Source of the DNA: Octopus vulgaris
Taxonomy: Eukaryota
Direction: 5' to 3'
Length of the DNA: 64,000 nucleotides
NCBI GenBank assembly: GCA_951406725.2
Contig: OX597817.1
Coordinates: 123,566,001 to 123,630,000, forward strand
Part shown: positions 38,801 to 51,325 of the stretch, piece by piece
Layout: each line of letters starts with the position of its first letter
How positions within the stretch are numbered: the stretch's first letter is position 1
Position numbers and translations under genes: made by a program
Notes under the pieces: model-generated
Seen by the model: the letters and a program-made list of their open reading frames with translations, nothing else
What the model was told of the DNA's origin: nothing
The model's database searches: none

Positions 38801-39308
38801 AACATACATATATTCTACGTTATGCTTAATCAAAGCTTAGATACTTAACATCGCTATAATAAATTACTTACCATATTAAGCACTTTAATAGAAATTAACC
38901 TTATTATATAATAAATAATTAATTAAAAGATTATTATAAATTAATAATTGAAATATTTGAATGTCTTTCTAAATTTATGGCAGCATCTTAAATTTAATTA
39001 CCTGTTAGAGTTTTAAAAAATTAATTTAGAAGTAATTGTAAAATATAATTGTTGGATTTTTAAGGCGCCGTTTAAATTTAAAATATGATTTTCTTCATAC
39101 ATATTATTAATTGTTGTTAATACTCTGAATGTTTTAAAATTCTGCATAAGAATTGTTGGATTTACATGCCAGACATGGGGATGTACCTGTGATTTGTATT
39201 CTACAAACATTTACTGGTATCTACTTATTGAAAACTTAACCTTATTCCCATATAATGAGTGCTTACTTGAAATCTGCCAGGATTTTTTAATACCATTTTT
39301 TCTTCTCA

Positions 39309-39375
<67 letters not shown>

Positions 39376-39591
39376 TATATATAATACATATATATATATA
39401 TATTTATATATATATATGTATATATACATATGTATAAATATATAGACGTATATATACATAGATACATATATATATGTATATATGTATATACGTACATATA
39501 TATATATATACACACACACATAAAATTTTTTTTTCAGAATGAGATAAAAAACCAACGCTGTGAAGATTTTAGAGCATTTATAAATAGAAGG

Positions 39592-39637
39592 TCTTACGGC
39601 TGTTTCCAGGATATTTATTATATCCCTTCATCGGAGA
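39592..39637 (-). ncRNA. Minimal type I hammerhead ribozyme motif (Penelope-type), U4C core variant
   Basis: Minus strand: TCT-CCGATGA-A-GGGATAT(AATAA)ATATCCT-G-GAAA-CAGCCG-TA-AGA. All three stems are present; predicted cleavage after GUA. Confidence 0.65.
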
Positions 39638-40754
39638 TGGTGTGAGAAGATGGTTAAGCAATAGTTAATTTAGATAAGATATGAAATAGAGAGTGAAGTG
39701 GAGGAATGGAAGTAGATGTGAGATATGCAGGGATATTGTATTTGTAGATCCATTATTTAGGCAGAATGGTATACATATAAGATTCCAATACATTGTGAGT
39801 AAATTCCAATAGTATTTAAAATTGGTCATTCCAAGCATAGAGTTTGTATACAGTGCTATTGCATCCAGGGTTTCACATAATCACCGAACCTGGAGCTTAA
39901 CTATGGTCTATCTATAGCAGTTACTCAGCATTACCTGACACCTTGGGTCTTATTGACCCCATTACCTCTCATAACTTCTATATATGCATACACACATGTA
40001 TATATATATATGTACATATGTGTGTGTGTGTATGTGTGAATAAATATTCAAACTTAAGAGCTTGACTGAGTCACTGATCACTACCATTTCCATGCCTTTG
40101 CTATGATTGGCAATAGATATACTCCAGTGTAGGATCTGTTTATAGTAAAGAAATTTCACCTATAAACTACATCCACAAATATGACTGGTTTATAATCAAA
40201 TAGAAATAATGTAAGTAAATGTTTAAATACTGATATATGGAACTAAAATGCTAAAATAAAATTATGATGGAAAGGTTACAAGTTATAGATAATAAATCAA
40301 AGTTAATAAGTACAGAAAAGTTGGGTTAGTTTTGTACACATGATTTGAAAAAAAAAAAAAAATTATATACAGCATTTTGGATAGGCAATGATAACAGGTA
40401 TTTGGTAATACTAAGGTGCTATATTTAGAGCAGCTTAATGGGAGTGAGGAAGCTTGTATAGTGACATATTGCCAAAGAATCTATCATCTAAATGTAGCTT
40501 AGCTGTCAGTGATGCAAGTAACAAATTACAGATGGTCGAATGGTTTGGCTTATATTAGAAGAAGATGGGATTGCATGTGATAAGCATGTCCAGTTTATGA
40601 TGGAGCTGCATACACATTTATACTTATACAGGCAACCATCCACATTTATATATACATATATGCATGTATGTGTATATATATATATGTATATACTTATATG
40701 TACATATAAATATGTATGCACATATATATATATGTGTGTGTGTGCATATATATA

Positions 40755-40810
<56 letters not shown>

Positions 40811-40973
40811 TATATATGTATGTATGTATACATATGTATATATATATATATATGCATATATATGTATGTACACACAGATACACACAAACACACAAGCATA
40901 TATTATATATACACACACACACACGTGTATGTATATGTATATATATATATATATGTGTGTATATATATATATT

Positions 40974-41006
<33 letters not shown>

Positions 41007-41055
41007 TATATCTGTGTATATACATATATATTTATATATATAAATATATATACTG

Positions 41056-41097
<42 letters not shown>

Positions 41098-41429
41098 TGC
41101 ATATTTATGAATTTGCACCTGTGTTAGTGCTCATGTTTGTGTTTGCACTCATTGTGAGCAAGTCTGGTAGAATGTTTATGTTCAGCAAACACATGAGTTA
41201 CATTCAATATTTTCCATTGACATTTCCTTGTCAACAGATGTTCCAATAGCTCTGCACTTTCAAAGGTGTGTGAACTGAAAACTCCCTTGCTAAAAAGACA
41301 CAAAGAAAGGAAAGAGGTAAGGGCTTCTGGCAGGAAAGAAAACCTGCAGTGAATAAGACTTCAACAGTATATATATTCATGTAACTCAATCTAGCATACA
41401 AAAACAGACATAAAAATAAAGGAAGATAT

Positions 41430-41740
41430 ATGATGATGATGATGATCATCATCATCATCATCATCATTTAGCGTCCGCTTTCCATGCTAGCATGGGTTGG
41501 ACGGTTCAACTGGGGTCTGGGAAGCCAGAAGGCTGCACCAGGCCCAGTCTGATCTGGCAATGTTTCTACGGCTGGATGCTCTTCCTAACACCAACCACTC
41601 CGTGAGTGTAGTGGGTGCTTTTTACGTGCCACCGGCACAGGTGCCAGATGAGGCTGGCAAACGGCCATGATCGGATGGTGCTTTTTATGTGCCACCAGCA
41701 CGAGGCCAGTCAGGGTGGAGCTGGCAATGGCCACGTTCGG
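41430..41740 (-). mobile_element. SINE C, young copy
   Basis: Near-identical reverse complement of 1326-1651. Confidence 0.9.
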
Positions 41741-41782
41741 ATATATATTCTTTTAGCAGCCGCTCGTAGCTCGGGTTGTACC

Positions 41783-41925
41783 AATGGACTAATTCAGGAA
41801 GAATTTAATAAAGATTCTCAAAGAATTCAGCCAATTTATAACAGTCTCCAATAATTTGACAATGGTCAACCTCCTGGACACAACCTTGAACTTGAAGACG
41901 AATAAATACTACCCTTTATTGAAAC
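41783..41925 (+). mobile_element. Penelope-like RT fragment (same family as 43850-44318)
   Basis: FRKNLIKILKEFSQFITVSNNLTMVNLLDTTLNL; DNA matches 44140-44281. Confidence 0.75.
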
Positions 41926-41929
41926 TCGG

Positions 41930-42257
41930 GTTGTTCTTGGGTTGCATCAGTAGCGAGGTCATCAGAGAGAAGTCTGGCATGAGGGATGTCATTGTAGAAT
42001 ATACACGCAGCAAGTTTAGATGGGCTGGACACATCGCCTGTATAATCGGTGGACCTGCGCAGTTGTCGAGTGGTACCTGCGCAAGTGGAAACGACCACTC
42101 GGAAGGCCTCCACGATGGTGGAGTTACGATTTCAGGTGTGCAATTGGGATCACATGGATGAGAAAGGCGTGATCCTTAGAGGAGTAGACAACATGCTGTG
42201 ACCAGCGGTGTCAAATGGACGCCCAACAAACTAGTCGGTCAAGGTGATCAAGGTGAT
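41930..42257 (+). mobile_element. RTE-clade LINE 3' end
   Basis: EVIREKSGMRDVI...KFRWAGHIA, KRPLGRPPRWW; (caaggtgat)2 tail. Confidence 0.8.
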
Positions 42258-42260
42258 ATA

Positions 42261-42675
42261 TTCTTTTATTCTGTTACATGTTTCAGTCATTAGACTGCAG
42301 CCTTGCTGGAACATCACCTTGAAGGGTTTTAGTCAAGAAATTGACCCCAGGACTTATTTTTTAAAACCTAATACTTATTTTATCAGACATTTTTCATGAT
42401 CTATGTTACGGAGACGTAAAAATATCAACACTAGTTGTCAAGCGATGATGATGGGGGAGGAGGGAACACAGACACAAAGATGCATACCCATAGATATGTA
42501 CATATATATATATATTACAGCCTTCTTCCAGTTTCCGTCAACAAAATCAAATCACAAAGCTTTGGCTAGCCAGAGTCTATAGTAGAAGGCACTTTCCTAA
42601 GGTATCACAGTGGGACTGAACCCAGAACCATATCATTGGGAAGCCAGCTTCTTACCATTCACCCACACCTGCACC
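42261..42675 (-). mobile_element. SINE family A
   Basis: Reverse complement of 13796-14214. Confidence 0.85.
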
Positions 42676-42718
42676 TTCTTTCCACACAGTCATGCACACA
42701 TACATACAAGCATACAAA

Positions 42719-42770
<52 letters not shown>

Positions 42771-42772
<2 letters not shown>

Positions 42773-43275
42773 TAAACAGTAAAAATAATTACAGACATGG
42801 ACAAGAACATGAAACACCACAGAGACGACACAAGAACCACAGGACGGGACATTCGAAGCCCTCAGTCATCAGTCAAGAACCAGATCATCTTAGCAATTTC
42901 GGTGATTAATCTTGAGATTGCTCCGATTTGGGCACGCCAAGGAAATCTAAAAGCGCATTAGATCCCTGGAAGAAAGCTTGAATGTACAACACGAGGACGG
43001 AAAACGAACGAAGTACACGAACAAAATACAGAATACGTGACACCAATAAGAATACAAAAACGTAAAAACAATAACGGTAAAAATAAAAACAAAACAAAAC
43101 AGGACGTGGACAAGGGTCTTTCGACAGGACGAGTTGAGTTTAGGGCTGGCTATGAAGTTGTGCCTAATGGCCAGGAGACGAACAAATACGTGTTGAGAGA
43201 GATAGAGATCAAGGTGCCCCAGCATGGCCACAGCTCGTGAGCTGAAACTAGATAAAATAAAATAGAAAATAAAAT
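42771..43275. mobile_element. Unclassified CpG-retaining repeat after (TA)n, ending in a SINE-A-like 3' tail (43211-43275, +)
   Basis: Composition distinct from its flanks; tail ggtgccccagcatggccacagctcgtgagctgaaac plus A-rich repeats. Confidence 0.5.
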
Positions 43276-43540
43276 ATATATAAAACAGACAACTCCACAT
43301 CATAGAAAGCAGAATAGATAAATGAAAAACATTAAACAGTTAAATAGAAGGATATTAAGTAAAGAGCCTGAAGAAACTGCACCAGTATTATATAGTAAAG
43401 TTGCAATTGCAACTGTTACTAATCAGTGCAATTGAAACATGTGTTGGTCTATGTAATGCTTTATATATATGAAAAGAATTAAAAGTAATGTTATGCAATT
43501 TCATAATACTCCTTATCATTAATATTCTTGATACATATAC

Positions 43541-43574
<34 letters not shown>

Positions 43575-43849
43575 GTCATCATCACCATCATCATAATCAT
43601 CATTCTGCATCCAGTTTTCATGCTGGTATCCTTTTCATAGACAGATCAATGACCCCATCCCCCTCATATGTTTCCTATTGGTTTTAGTTTCTTTGTCAGA
43701 ATGTCTCTTCTAACAGAGTGTGCTCAGTGCATTTTATTGTGACACAAGCATGTGTAATGGTGCTTTATTCTTAACAAGACTAAACAATCTTCTCAGTTCA
43801 TATTTCTGAATGATTACCAACCACTTAACAGTGTTTCTTAGACAGATTT

Positions 43850-44318
43850 ATAGTGGCACCAATGGTAGTCAGATTGCCTTGTACACCATAAGATTACAGT
43901 CCTCACAACTCTATAATTTGACACCAATGTCAGCAACCTCAATATAAGAATCATCATGAATGTTAAAAAGTCAATCTTGGTTAATGATAATTCCTTCTGA
44001 GTAAAGAAGGAAGTTGATCCCTGTTCAATGAGGCTATGGGGAGCAAGAACAAGGCTGCTATTACAGAACTTGTCCTCCATAGCTTGGCCCTTTATAGGGA
44101 TATCAGTCTGGCAATCTCAAGCCATATGAACAGCTATACCATGAACAAATTCAGGAAGAATTTGATAAAGATCTTCAAAGAATTCTGCCAATTTATAACA
44201 GTCTCCAATAATTTGACAACGGTCAACCCCTGGACACAATCCTGAACTTGAAGATGGATAAGTACTACCCCTTATTGAAACCCAATGAAGAACCGACCTG
44301 TTTATACCCACAGAAACA
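43850..44318 (+). mobile_element. Penelope-like RT core relic
   Basis: KKSILVND...VKK, MGSKNKAAITELV, LYRDISLA, RKNLIKIFKEF, LD.ILNL....YP..KPN correspond to PLE MGS.DGAE.CELV / LYRDDGL motifs. Confidence 0.8.
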
Positions 44319-44349
44319 TGATGGGTAAATATTATATTGCTTGGAACCA

Positions 44350-44434
44350 GGTGTTAATTGGCAACAGAAAGGGCATCCAGTTGCAGGAAACTTACCTCAA
44401 TGGATTCTGTCTGACCCATGCAAGCATGGAAAAG

Positions 44435-44465
<31 letters not shown>

Positions 44466-44470
44466 CAATG
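44350..44470 (+). mobile_element. SINE C-related 3' fragment
   Basis: agaaagggcatccag...acccatgcaagcatggaaaa and (GAT)n tail. Confidence 0.65.
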
Positions 44471-44921
44471 ATCAGAATGACAACAACAACAATGATATGA
44501 CAACGACAAGGACGGCAATGATGGCTTGCAAAGGTGAGTAGCAGTTTTGTCAAATTTTCTTTTGTCTTTTAGTTAGATGTCATTTGTACTATTAACCACT
44601 GATCTGCAATATAGGACTATAATTAGTTTTTTGTCAGTCAGAAAAACTTTTATGGAATGATTCATGTCTCTAGATCAGCTGTATAACTCAATGGTTGTTC
44701 TAAAGTTGAAACTTATGACTATAATTAATTTTATGAGATTAATTTTTGACTTCTCATAATTATCTTCTGTTTACTTTGAAAGTCACTAACAATCACAACT
44801 AGAGAAATTTTGATTAATTGGAAAGAAGTTAATTTGTAACAAATTATTTATCCAAACATGTTAGAAAACACTGCTAAATATATGTCCTGACAAGGTAGAA
44901 ATTCAGAATCTAGAGAATTCT

Positions 44922-45340
44922 TATTTCTTTATTGCCCACAAGAGGCTAAACATAGAGGAAACAAACAAGGACAGGCAAAGGGATTAAGTCGATTACATCG
45001 ACCCCCAGTGCGTAACTGGTACTTAATTTATCGACCCCGAAAAGATGAAAGGCAAAGTCGACCTTGGCAGAATTTGAACTCAGAGCAAAATGACAGACGA
45101 AATACCTATTTCTTTACTAACCACAAGGGGCTAAACACAGAGAGGAGAAACAAGGACTGACAAACGGATTAAATCGATTATATCAACCCCAGTGCATAAC
45201 TGGTACTTATTTAATCGCCCCCAAAAGGTTGAAAGGCAAAGTCGACCTTGGAGGAATCTGAACTCAGAACAAAATGACAGACGAAATACTGCTAAGCATT
45301 TCACCCGGTGTGCTGACGTTTCTGCCAGCTCGCCGCCTTT
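44922..45340 (-). mobile_element. Head-to-tail SINE B1 dimer within one 15-bp TSD
   Basis: TSD aatctagagaattct (44907-21) / aatctggagaattct (45341-55); internal junction at 45105/45106. Confidence 0.85.
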
Positions 45341-46279
45341 AATCTGGAGAATTCTAGTTCAGGTCTACTAACCTTTAAATTTACACACCTTGTTTCGGTT
45401 ACAAAGAAACAACTATAAATCATTTGACTTGCTAGAAAATGCAGCAACTGAATAACCTCAAAATACAGAAGAACCCTTGGAATAATAAACCACAATTATA
45501 ATTTTTTTAAAATTTAATATACAGTTGAGGTTGATCATATTTGCAATGCTTTTCTTCAATGAAGGCAAACTTGGGGCGAAGCAACAACAAAAGCAATTAA
45601 ATAATTTCCTGTGAAGTTAGCCAAATGTATAATATTTCATCCAAAATTATTTCTAGAAGCAAGAAGAAATAGAAATAATAAATTAAAATAAAAATAGGAT
45701 TAGGTTTGAAAATATAGCATGTAAAAATATTAATAAAAAAACTATAGAACAAAAATAAACATTTAAAAAAATCTCATTTTATTTCAACATAACCTGAAGC
45801 TATATTTTAACAAGGCTTTGCTACTATAACGCACTCTAGGTTATCATAATGATTTCATTAAGTTTTCTTTTTAATATTTTTATATACAATTTTACTTTAA
45901 CACTCCCATCTGTGCAATTTTCTAGCTGGTTGTGAGTAAAGTAACCTATATTACATTTTATGAATTTCTGGTGGCAAAATGAAAGCTCCAACACATGTTA
46001 CTTTCAGTTTGTGGCTGTCAGTTATTCATGATAATTAAAATTTGAAATGAAATAAGGGAAATAATTCAAGTAGGTTAATGCCATGAATTTAGATAAATAA
46101 ATTAAATGTGATATGCATTAGCTAAGATAATTAAGGGTACTGTGTGCAAAACATTTTCAGTTAATTGAAATTTCCATTTCAGTTGGAGAAATGGGAAATA
46201 GTTTCAGATAATTAAGTTTTAGTATCTCAAAATAAATTTCTTTAGTGATAAATCTCATCTTTCTTTTAAAAGACTAATT

Positions 46280-47290
46280 ATTGATTTCAAATTCTGACAC
46301 AAGGCCAGCAATTTTGAGGGTAGCATAAGCTGATTGTACTGAGTTCAGTGTTCAACTGGTATTTATTTTATTGACCCTAAAAGGATGAAAGCAAAGTCAA
46401 CCTTGATGGAATTCGAACTCAGAGCATGAGACATATAAAATGTCCCTAAACATTTTAAATGGTGAGCTCGCCATGTTAAAGAGGTTAATTATTAATTAAA
46501 TTAAATTACCTGTTCCTATTTATTGTTTTGAGAGATGATAATTAGTAATGCAAACACATCCAGCCCTTCCTCTCTCTCTCTCCATCCCCCCCACACACCT
46601 TAACCCCTGACACTACATTTTTCTCTTTCCTTTCTTATACACACTTCTGAAACACTGTTTCTATCAGTCTCTCCACTAGTCCCTTCTCACTATGATAAAC
46701 ATGTAATTCCTTTCATATCTTCACTTCTCACTACCTCATCTAAAGTCATTATCTACTTACCATATTCTCCTTCTCAGCTGAGGTGATCATTAGTATTTTG
46801 AGTTAGAATGTGACATTGCTTGTGCTGATGACATGAAAAAAGCCCCTCAGTACACTCTTTAAAATGATTGGCGTTAGACAGGGCAACTAAGCATAGAAAT
46901 CATACCAAAACTGAAATATTGTTGGAAGCTGTGGTACTTTGACATGCTAAAGCCTATTGAACTGTTCAATGCATGCCACCAAGGAAAGTGGGCATAAAAT
47001 GATGATGATAGTGCTGCTGCTTCTGAATTTGATGATGATGATGATGATGATCTTTAGGGTGCATCACTCATTATATCACTTCTTGATTTTGGCAACTGAA
47101 TAAAGGCAGTGAACTGGCAGAACCATTAGCATGCTCAGCAAAATACTTAATAGCATTTCATACATCTTTACATTCTGAGTTCAAAGGTCAACTTTGCCTT
47201 CCATCCTTTCAGGTTCAAGAGAATAAGTACCAGTTGAGCACTGGGGTCGATGTAAAATTGCTGGCCTTGTATCAAAATTTGAAACCAATT
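46280..47290. mobile_element. Degenerate SINEs: B2(-) 46280-46480, C(+) 46815-47050, B2(+) 47104-47290
   Basis: Family motifs as above. Confidence 0.65.
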
Positions 47291-48214
47291 AGTAGAACTG
47301 AATTGTCTTTGGCACATTTTTGATGCATCCATTAGCTTCCATAATTCAAATTATATTAGCCTTAATATTATTGATGAGGTTTTTCCTATACACAAAAATT
47401 TATTAACTGATAAAAGTAGGCTTGCAATAACTATAATATGCTGAAGAATTCCAATAACATGTCCATATTTGTTCCACTCTGCAAAACTAAAATAAATAAA
47501 TGACTATAATAACCAAAAATGCTAGATTTTCCACTAAGCAGTTTATAGATTCTTGAGATATTAATTCTTAATGTCTTGAAATTATCTTTCCTTTTCTTTG
47601 GAAGCTACTAGCACTTACTGGTAGGTTTTTTTTATTATTTTTCTTTCCCCAAATAAAAAAGATATTTTAACTCTTTAACTGTGAAATTAAATTTCACCGT
47701 TATCCCAGTAATGACGTTGAATATCTACCAGAACCAAAATAAAAAGAAAGGAAATAAAAATGAAATAGAAGTGGTTATTTTGAGTATAGATATCAGATTT
47801 CCATAGTAAATCAGTTAATAGACTGAAAATGCCTTGCATGTATTATTTAGTCCGTTATTTTTAACTTAGTGATATAAGATTTATTTAACTTATCTTTATT
47901 AGTTGAGTTTGGAAGAGGAAGTAGTGTATATGATATTTGCAGGCCTGATGAGTTGATGCTGTTAATGCTCTGTCTAAACAGATGCAGGAAGGACTTAAGT
48001 AGCAAGAGGAATCCAGAAAGTTAATGTTCTGTAGTGGAAAAATGGGTTTGTAATGGGAAAATGGTCAGTAGAGGGGTAAATGGTGAAATGCAAAAGAAAA
48101 AAAAAAGAATGATGTGCAGTGGAAGTGCCTGAGTTGTCAATGTACAAAACTAGTCATTTCTTTAAAACAGAAATTATTAGCTTCAGTTTAACAAAGACAG
48201 ACATAAAATATATT

Positions 48215-48445
48215 TATTTCTTTACTACCCACAAGGGGCTAAACGCAGAGAGGACAAACAAGGACAGACAAACGGATTAAGTCGATTATATCGACCTCAG
48301 TGCATAACTGGTACTTATTTAATCGACCCCGAAAAAATGAAAGGTGAAGTCAACCTCGGCAGAATTTGAACTCAGAACGTAACGGCAGACGAAATACGGC
48401 TACGCATTTCGCCCGGCGTGCTAACGTTTCTGCCAGCTTGCCGCC
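48215..48445 (-). mobile_element. SINE B1, full length
   Basis: Reverse complement of 56573-56800. Confidence 0.9.
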
Positions 48446-48539
48446 CTAGCCAGCTCACCTTCCCTCCATTCAAATATTGTCAAGAGAAACTAAAATAATT
48501 TATTAATAATGCTAATAATTTTTTTTAATTATTATTCTT

Positions 48540-49018
48540 AGGGGGAAAAGTAAATTGATTAGCTTGATCCCAGTACTTGACTGGTATTTTATTTTATCGA
48601 TTCTAAAAGGATAAAAGACGAAGTTGATCTTGGCAGGATTTGAACTCAAAATGTAAAAAGCCAGAAGAAATTCCACTGAAAATTTTATACGATGCATTAT
48701 TGATTCTGTCAGCTTTTCAACTTAACAACAACGATGGCTATGATGACAATGATGACGACAATAACAGCATAAGCGACAACAGCAACAATAATAATAATCC
48801 TTTCTACTAAAGGCACAAAGCCTGAAATTTGGGTAGAGGGGCTAATAAATAACATCAGCCCTAGTGCTCAACTGGTACTTATTTCAACGACCCAGAAAAG
48901 ATGAAAGGCAAAACCGATGTTGGTGGAATTCAAACTCAGAACGTAATAGCAGACAAAATGCCGCTAAACATTTTGCTTGGTGTGCTGATGATTCTGCCAG
49001 CTCACCATCTTAATAATG

Positions 49019-49072
<54 letters not shown>

Positions 49073-49481
49073 GGACCTGTCAAGACCTACCAAAAATTGA
49101 GCAAATATAAAGATCTTGAAATAGAAATCAACAAAATGTGGAACCTGAAGACTAAAACAATACCTGTTGTTATAGGTGCCCTGGGAATGATAGCAAAAGG
49201 GGCTGATTGCTACCTAACTCAGATACCAGGAAACCCCAAAATGGCAGAAATTCAAAAGAGAGCGCTCATGGGAACTGCTCATATCCTATGCAAAATACTT
49301 TCTATGTAATCTCAAGGTTTAAGACAAACAAAATTTCCGTATGTTTTTTTTTTTAGACATTCACTAGTACAACACCAAATATATGGCACACTAGGCATGA
49401 ACTTCCAACCTGTTGTCTCTTGAGATCTCTGGGTGAGACTTGGAGCCAATTTGTGCAAATATAAAGCAAAAGTCAAACATA

Positions 49482-49518
<37 letters not shown>

Positions 49519-50160
49519 CCTTTCTATGCCATATGCACAAGGAAAGCCTGAAATTTGTAGGGTGGGATCTAGCCAATCACATTGACCCCAGTGTTCAAAT
49601 TGCATCTAATTCATCAACTCTGAAAGGATGAAAAGCAAAGCTGACGTTTGTGGAATTTCAACTCAGAATGCAAAGATGAATTGCTGCTATGCATTTAGTC
49701 CAGCATGGTAAAGATTCTGCATGTAATAACTCTAGAATAATGATAGTAATTGTATAATAATGATTGTTTCTGATGAGTCATAAGACCAACAGTTTTTAAG
49801 AGAAAGTACAAGGTGATACCATTGACTCCAGTACTGAACTGATACTATATTTTATCATCCCTAAAAACATGAAAGCCAAAGTTGACATCAGCAAGATTTG
49901 AACTCAGACCATAAAGTGACAGAAGATATATTGTAAAGCATTTCTTCTCACACAAATGATTTTGAAAACCTATCAACCTTGTTTTTAATTTAGGCATAAG
50001 CCCAGCAGTTTTTGAATGGTTAATACTATGAACCTCAGCACTTGACTGATTCTTTATTTTAGTAAGAAAAACAAAACTGATCTTGATAAGATTTGAACAC
50101 TGAACGACATAGCTTAATATCACAATGAATTATGCTCAATACTCTGCTGATTCTTCTAAT
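48540..50160 (-). mobile_element. Cluster of SINE B2 copies (approx. 48540-48715, 48790-49010, 49517-49720, 49760-49950, 49975-50155)
   Basis: Repeated ctggta.tt.tttt...ga(a)tttgaactcag motifs; (ATT)n tails on two copies. Confidence 0.7.
49072..49482 (+). mobile_element. Dong/R4 3' fragment in (TAA)n
   Basis: ORF 49016-49309 KLSKYKDLEIEINKMWNLKTKTIPVVIGALG...GTAHIL; near-identical to 9356-9795. Confidence 0.9.
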
Positions 50161-50956
50161 CCAGTGTCCTTCGCTAAATAACTATAATGAAATTCAGCAA
50201 AAGTATTTGAAAATAGCTGAAGCAAAACCACATTAAGTACGAAGACAGTTAAAGAGGGATAGCAACTGAATAACAGTAAGAAACATAATGTATAATAGAG
50301 ACAGATAGCAAATAATAACAGTAGGAACAACTTTCACCTCTAACTAACCATCTATTGATTAGATTAGTTTAGCAATGGGTTTCATTATTCTCTTTCATCA
50401 CCAAAGATAAACAAAAGCTGCCATCCAATAAAAAAGAAAGAAAACTAAGAAACCAAATTAAAAAAAAAAGAAATGTAGAAAAAACGTTCTTGATACAGCA
50501 ATCGATGAAATTTTACAAATGATCAATATGGTGCTAGCTTCCATTCATGAAAATTCATTTTGATAGTGAAAGTGGCTTGAATTACAAAATATCCTTTCAT
50601 CTATTAACTGACCGCTACGTGTGGGCATTGATCCCATCTTTCTTTACCAAGGAAAAAAAAAAAACTTTATTAGACCTTTATGAATGCAACTACAAAGAGA
50701 CTCAGGACTTGGGTGATTATAAAATAGTTTTTCAGCTCTAGCATCTTCAATATTATTGATTTTTTATTACACTGACACAAGACCTCGAATATGTCAGGTA
50801 TGTTAAGAAGAGGTTTGGTAGCATGGATTGAAAACACCTTCACTCTTAGAATGCTATTAACACTTACTTTATTGATGCCAGAGTTGATGTAAGGCGAATT
50901 TCATTGTATCAGAATGGGAACAAAACTACAGACAGATATAATTGAGTTCTCAATAC

Positions 50957-51325
50957 AATATACCTGTTACTAATTACTTTAAGTCAATTTATCTTATGAT
51001 ATGTAACTCTACAACATATCTGGTGCTGAGTACCTCAAACAATTTACCTGAAGGTAAGTATTAGAGGATAAATCTTCTGGTGGTAATTATCTCGAGAAAT
51101 TTACCTGGGTCTCCAGGTACCTAGAGACATTGATCTGATATCAAGTAGGTCAAGAAAATTTATCTCAATATAATTTAATTATTGTTAAGCACCTCAAGAT
51201 AAATTAGCTGCTGATAAGTACACCAAGACAATTTACCTGATATTAAGTGCCCAAAGACAATTTATGTGGTGCTAAACATTTCAAGGTAATTTGTTTCATT
51301 CAAATTACTTCAAAGACAATTTGTT
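50957..51325. repeat. Degenerate ~29-bp minisatellite, about 13 units
   Basis: Units such as caatttacctgatattaagtgcccaaaga, caatttacctgaaggtaagtattagagga and caatttatgtggtgctaaacatttcaagg. Confidence 0.8.

Noticed and set aside
39000-39300. Possible Penelope GIY-YIG C-terminus on the minus strand (EENHILNLNGAL)
   Set aside because: Similarity is too weak to call by eye; needs a profile search.
43990-44010. In-frame TGA in the Penelope RT as selenocysteine
   Set aside because: It falls where Trp is expected (WVKK), so it is a TGG>TGA decay mutation in a frameshifted relic.
50957-51325. CRISPR-like array
   Set aside because: Units are contiguous and degenerate with no unique spacers, there are no cas genes, and the context is eukaryotic.
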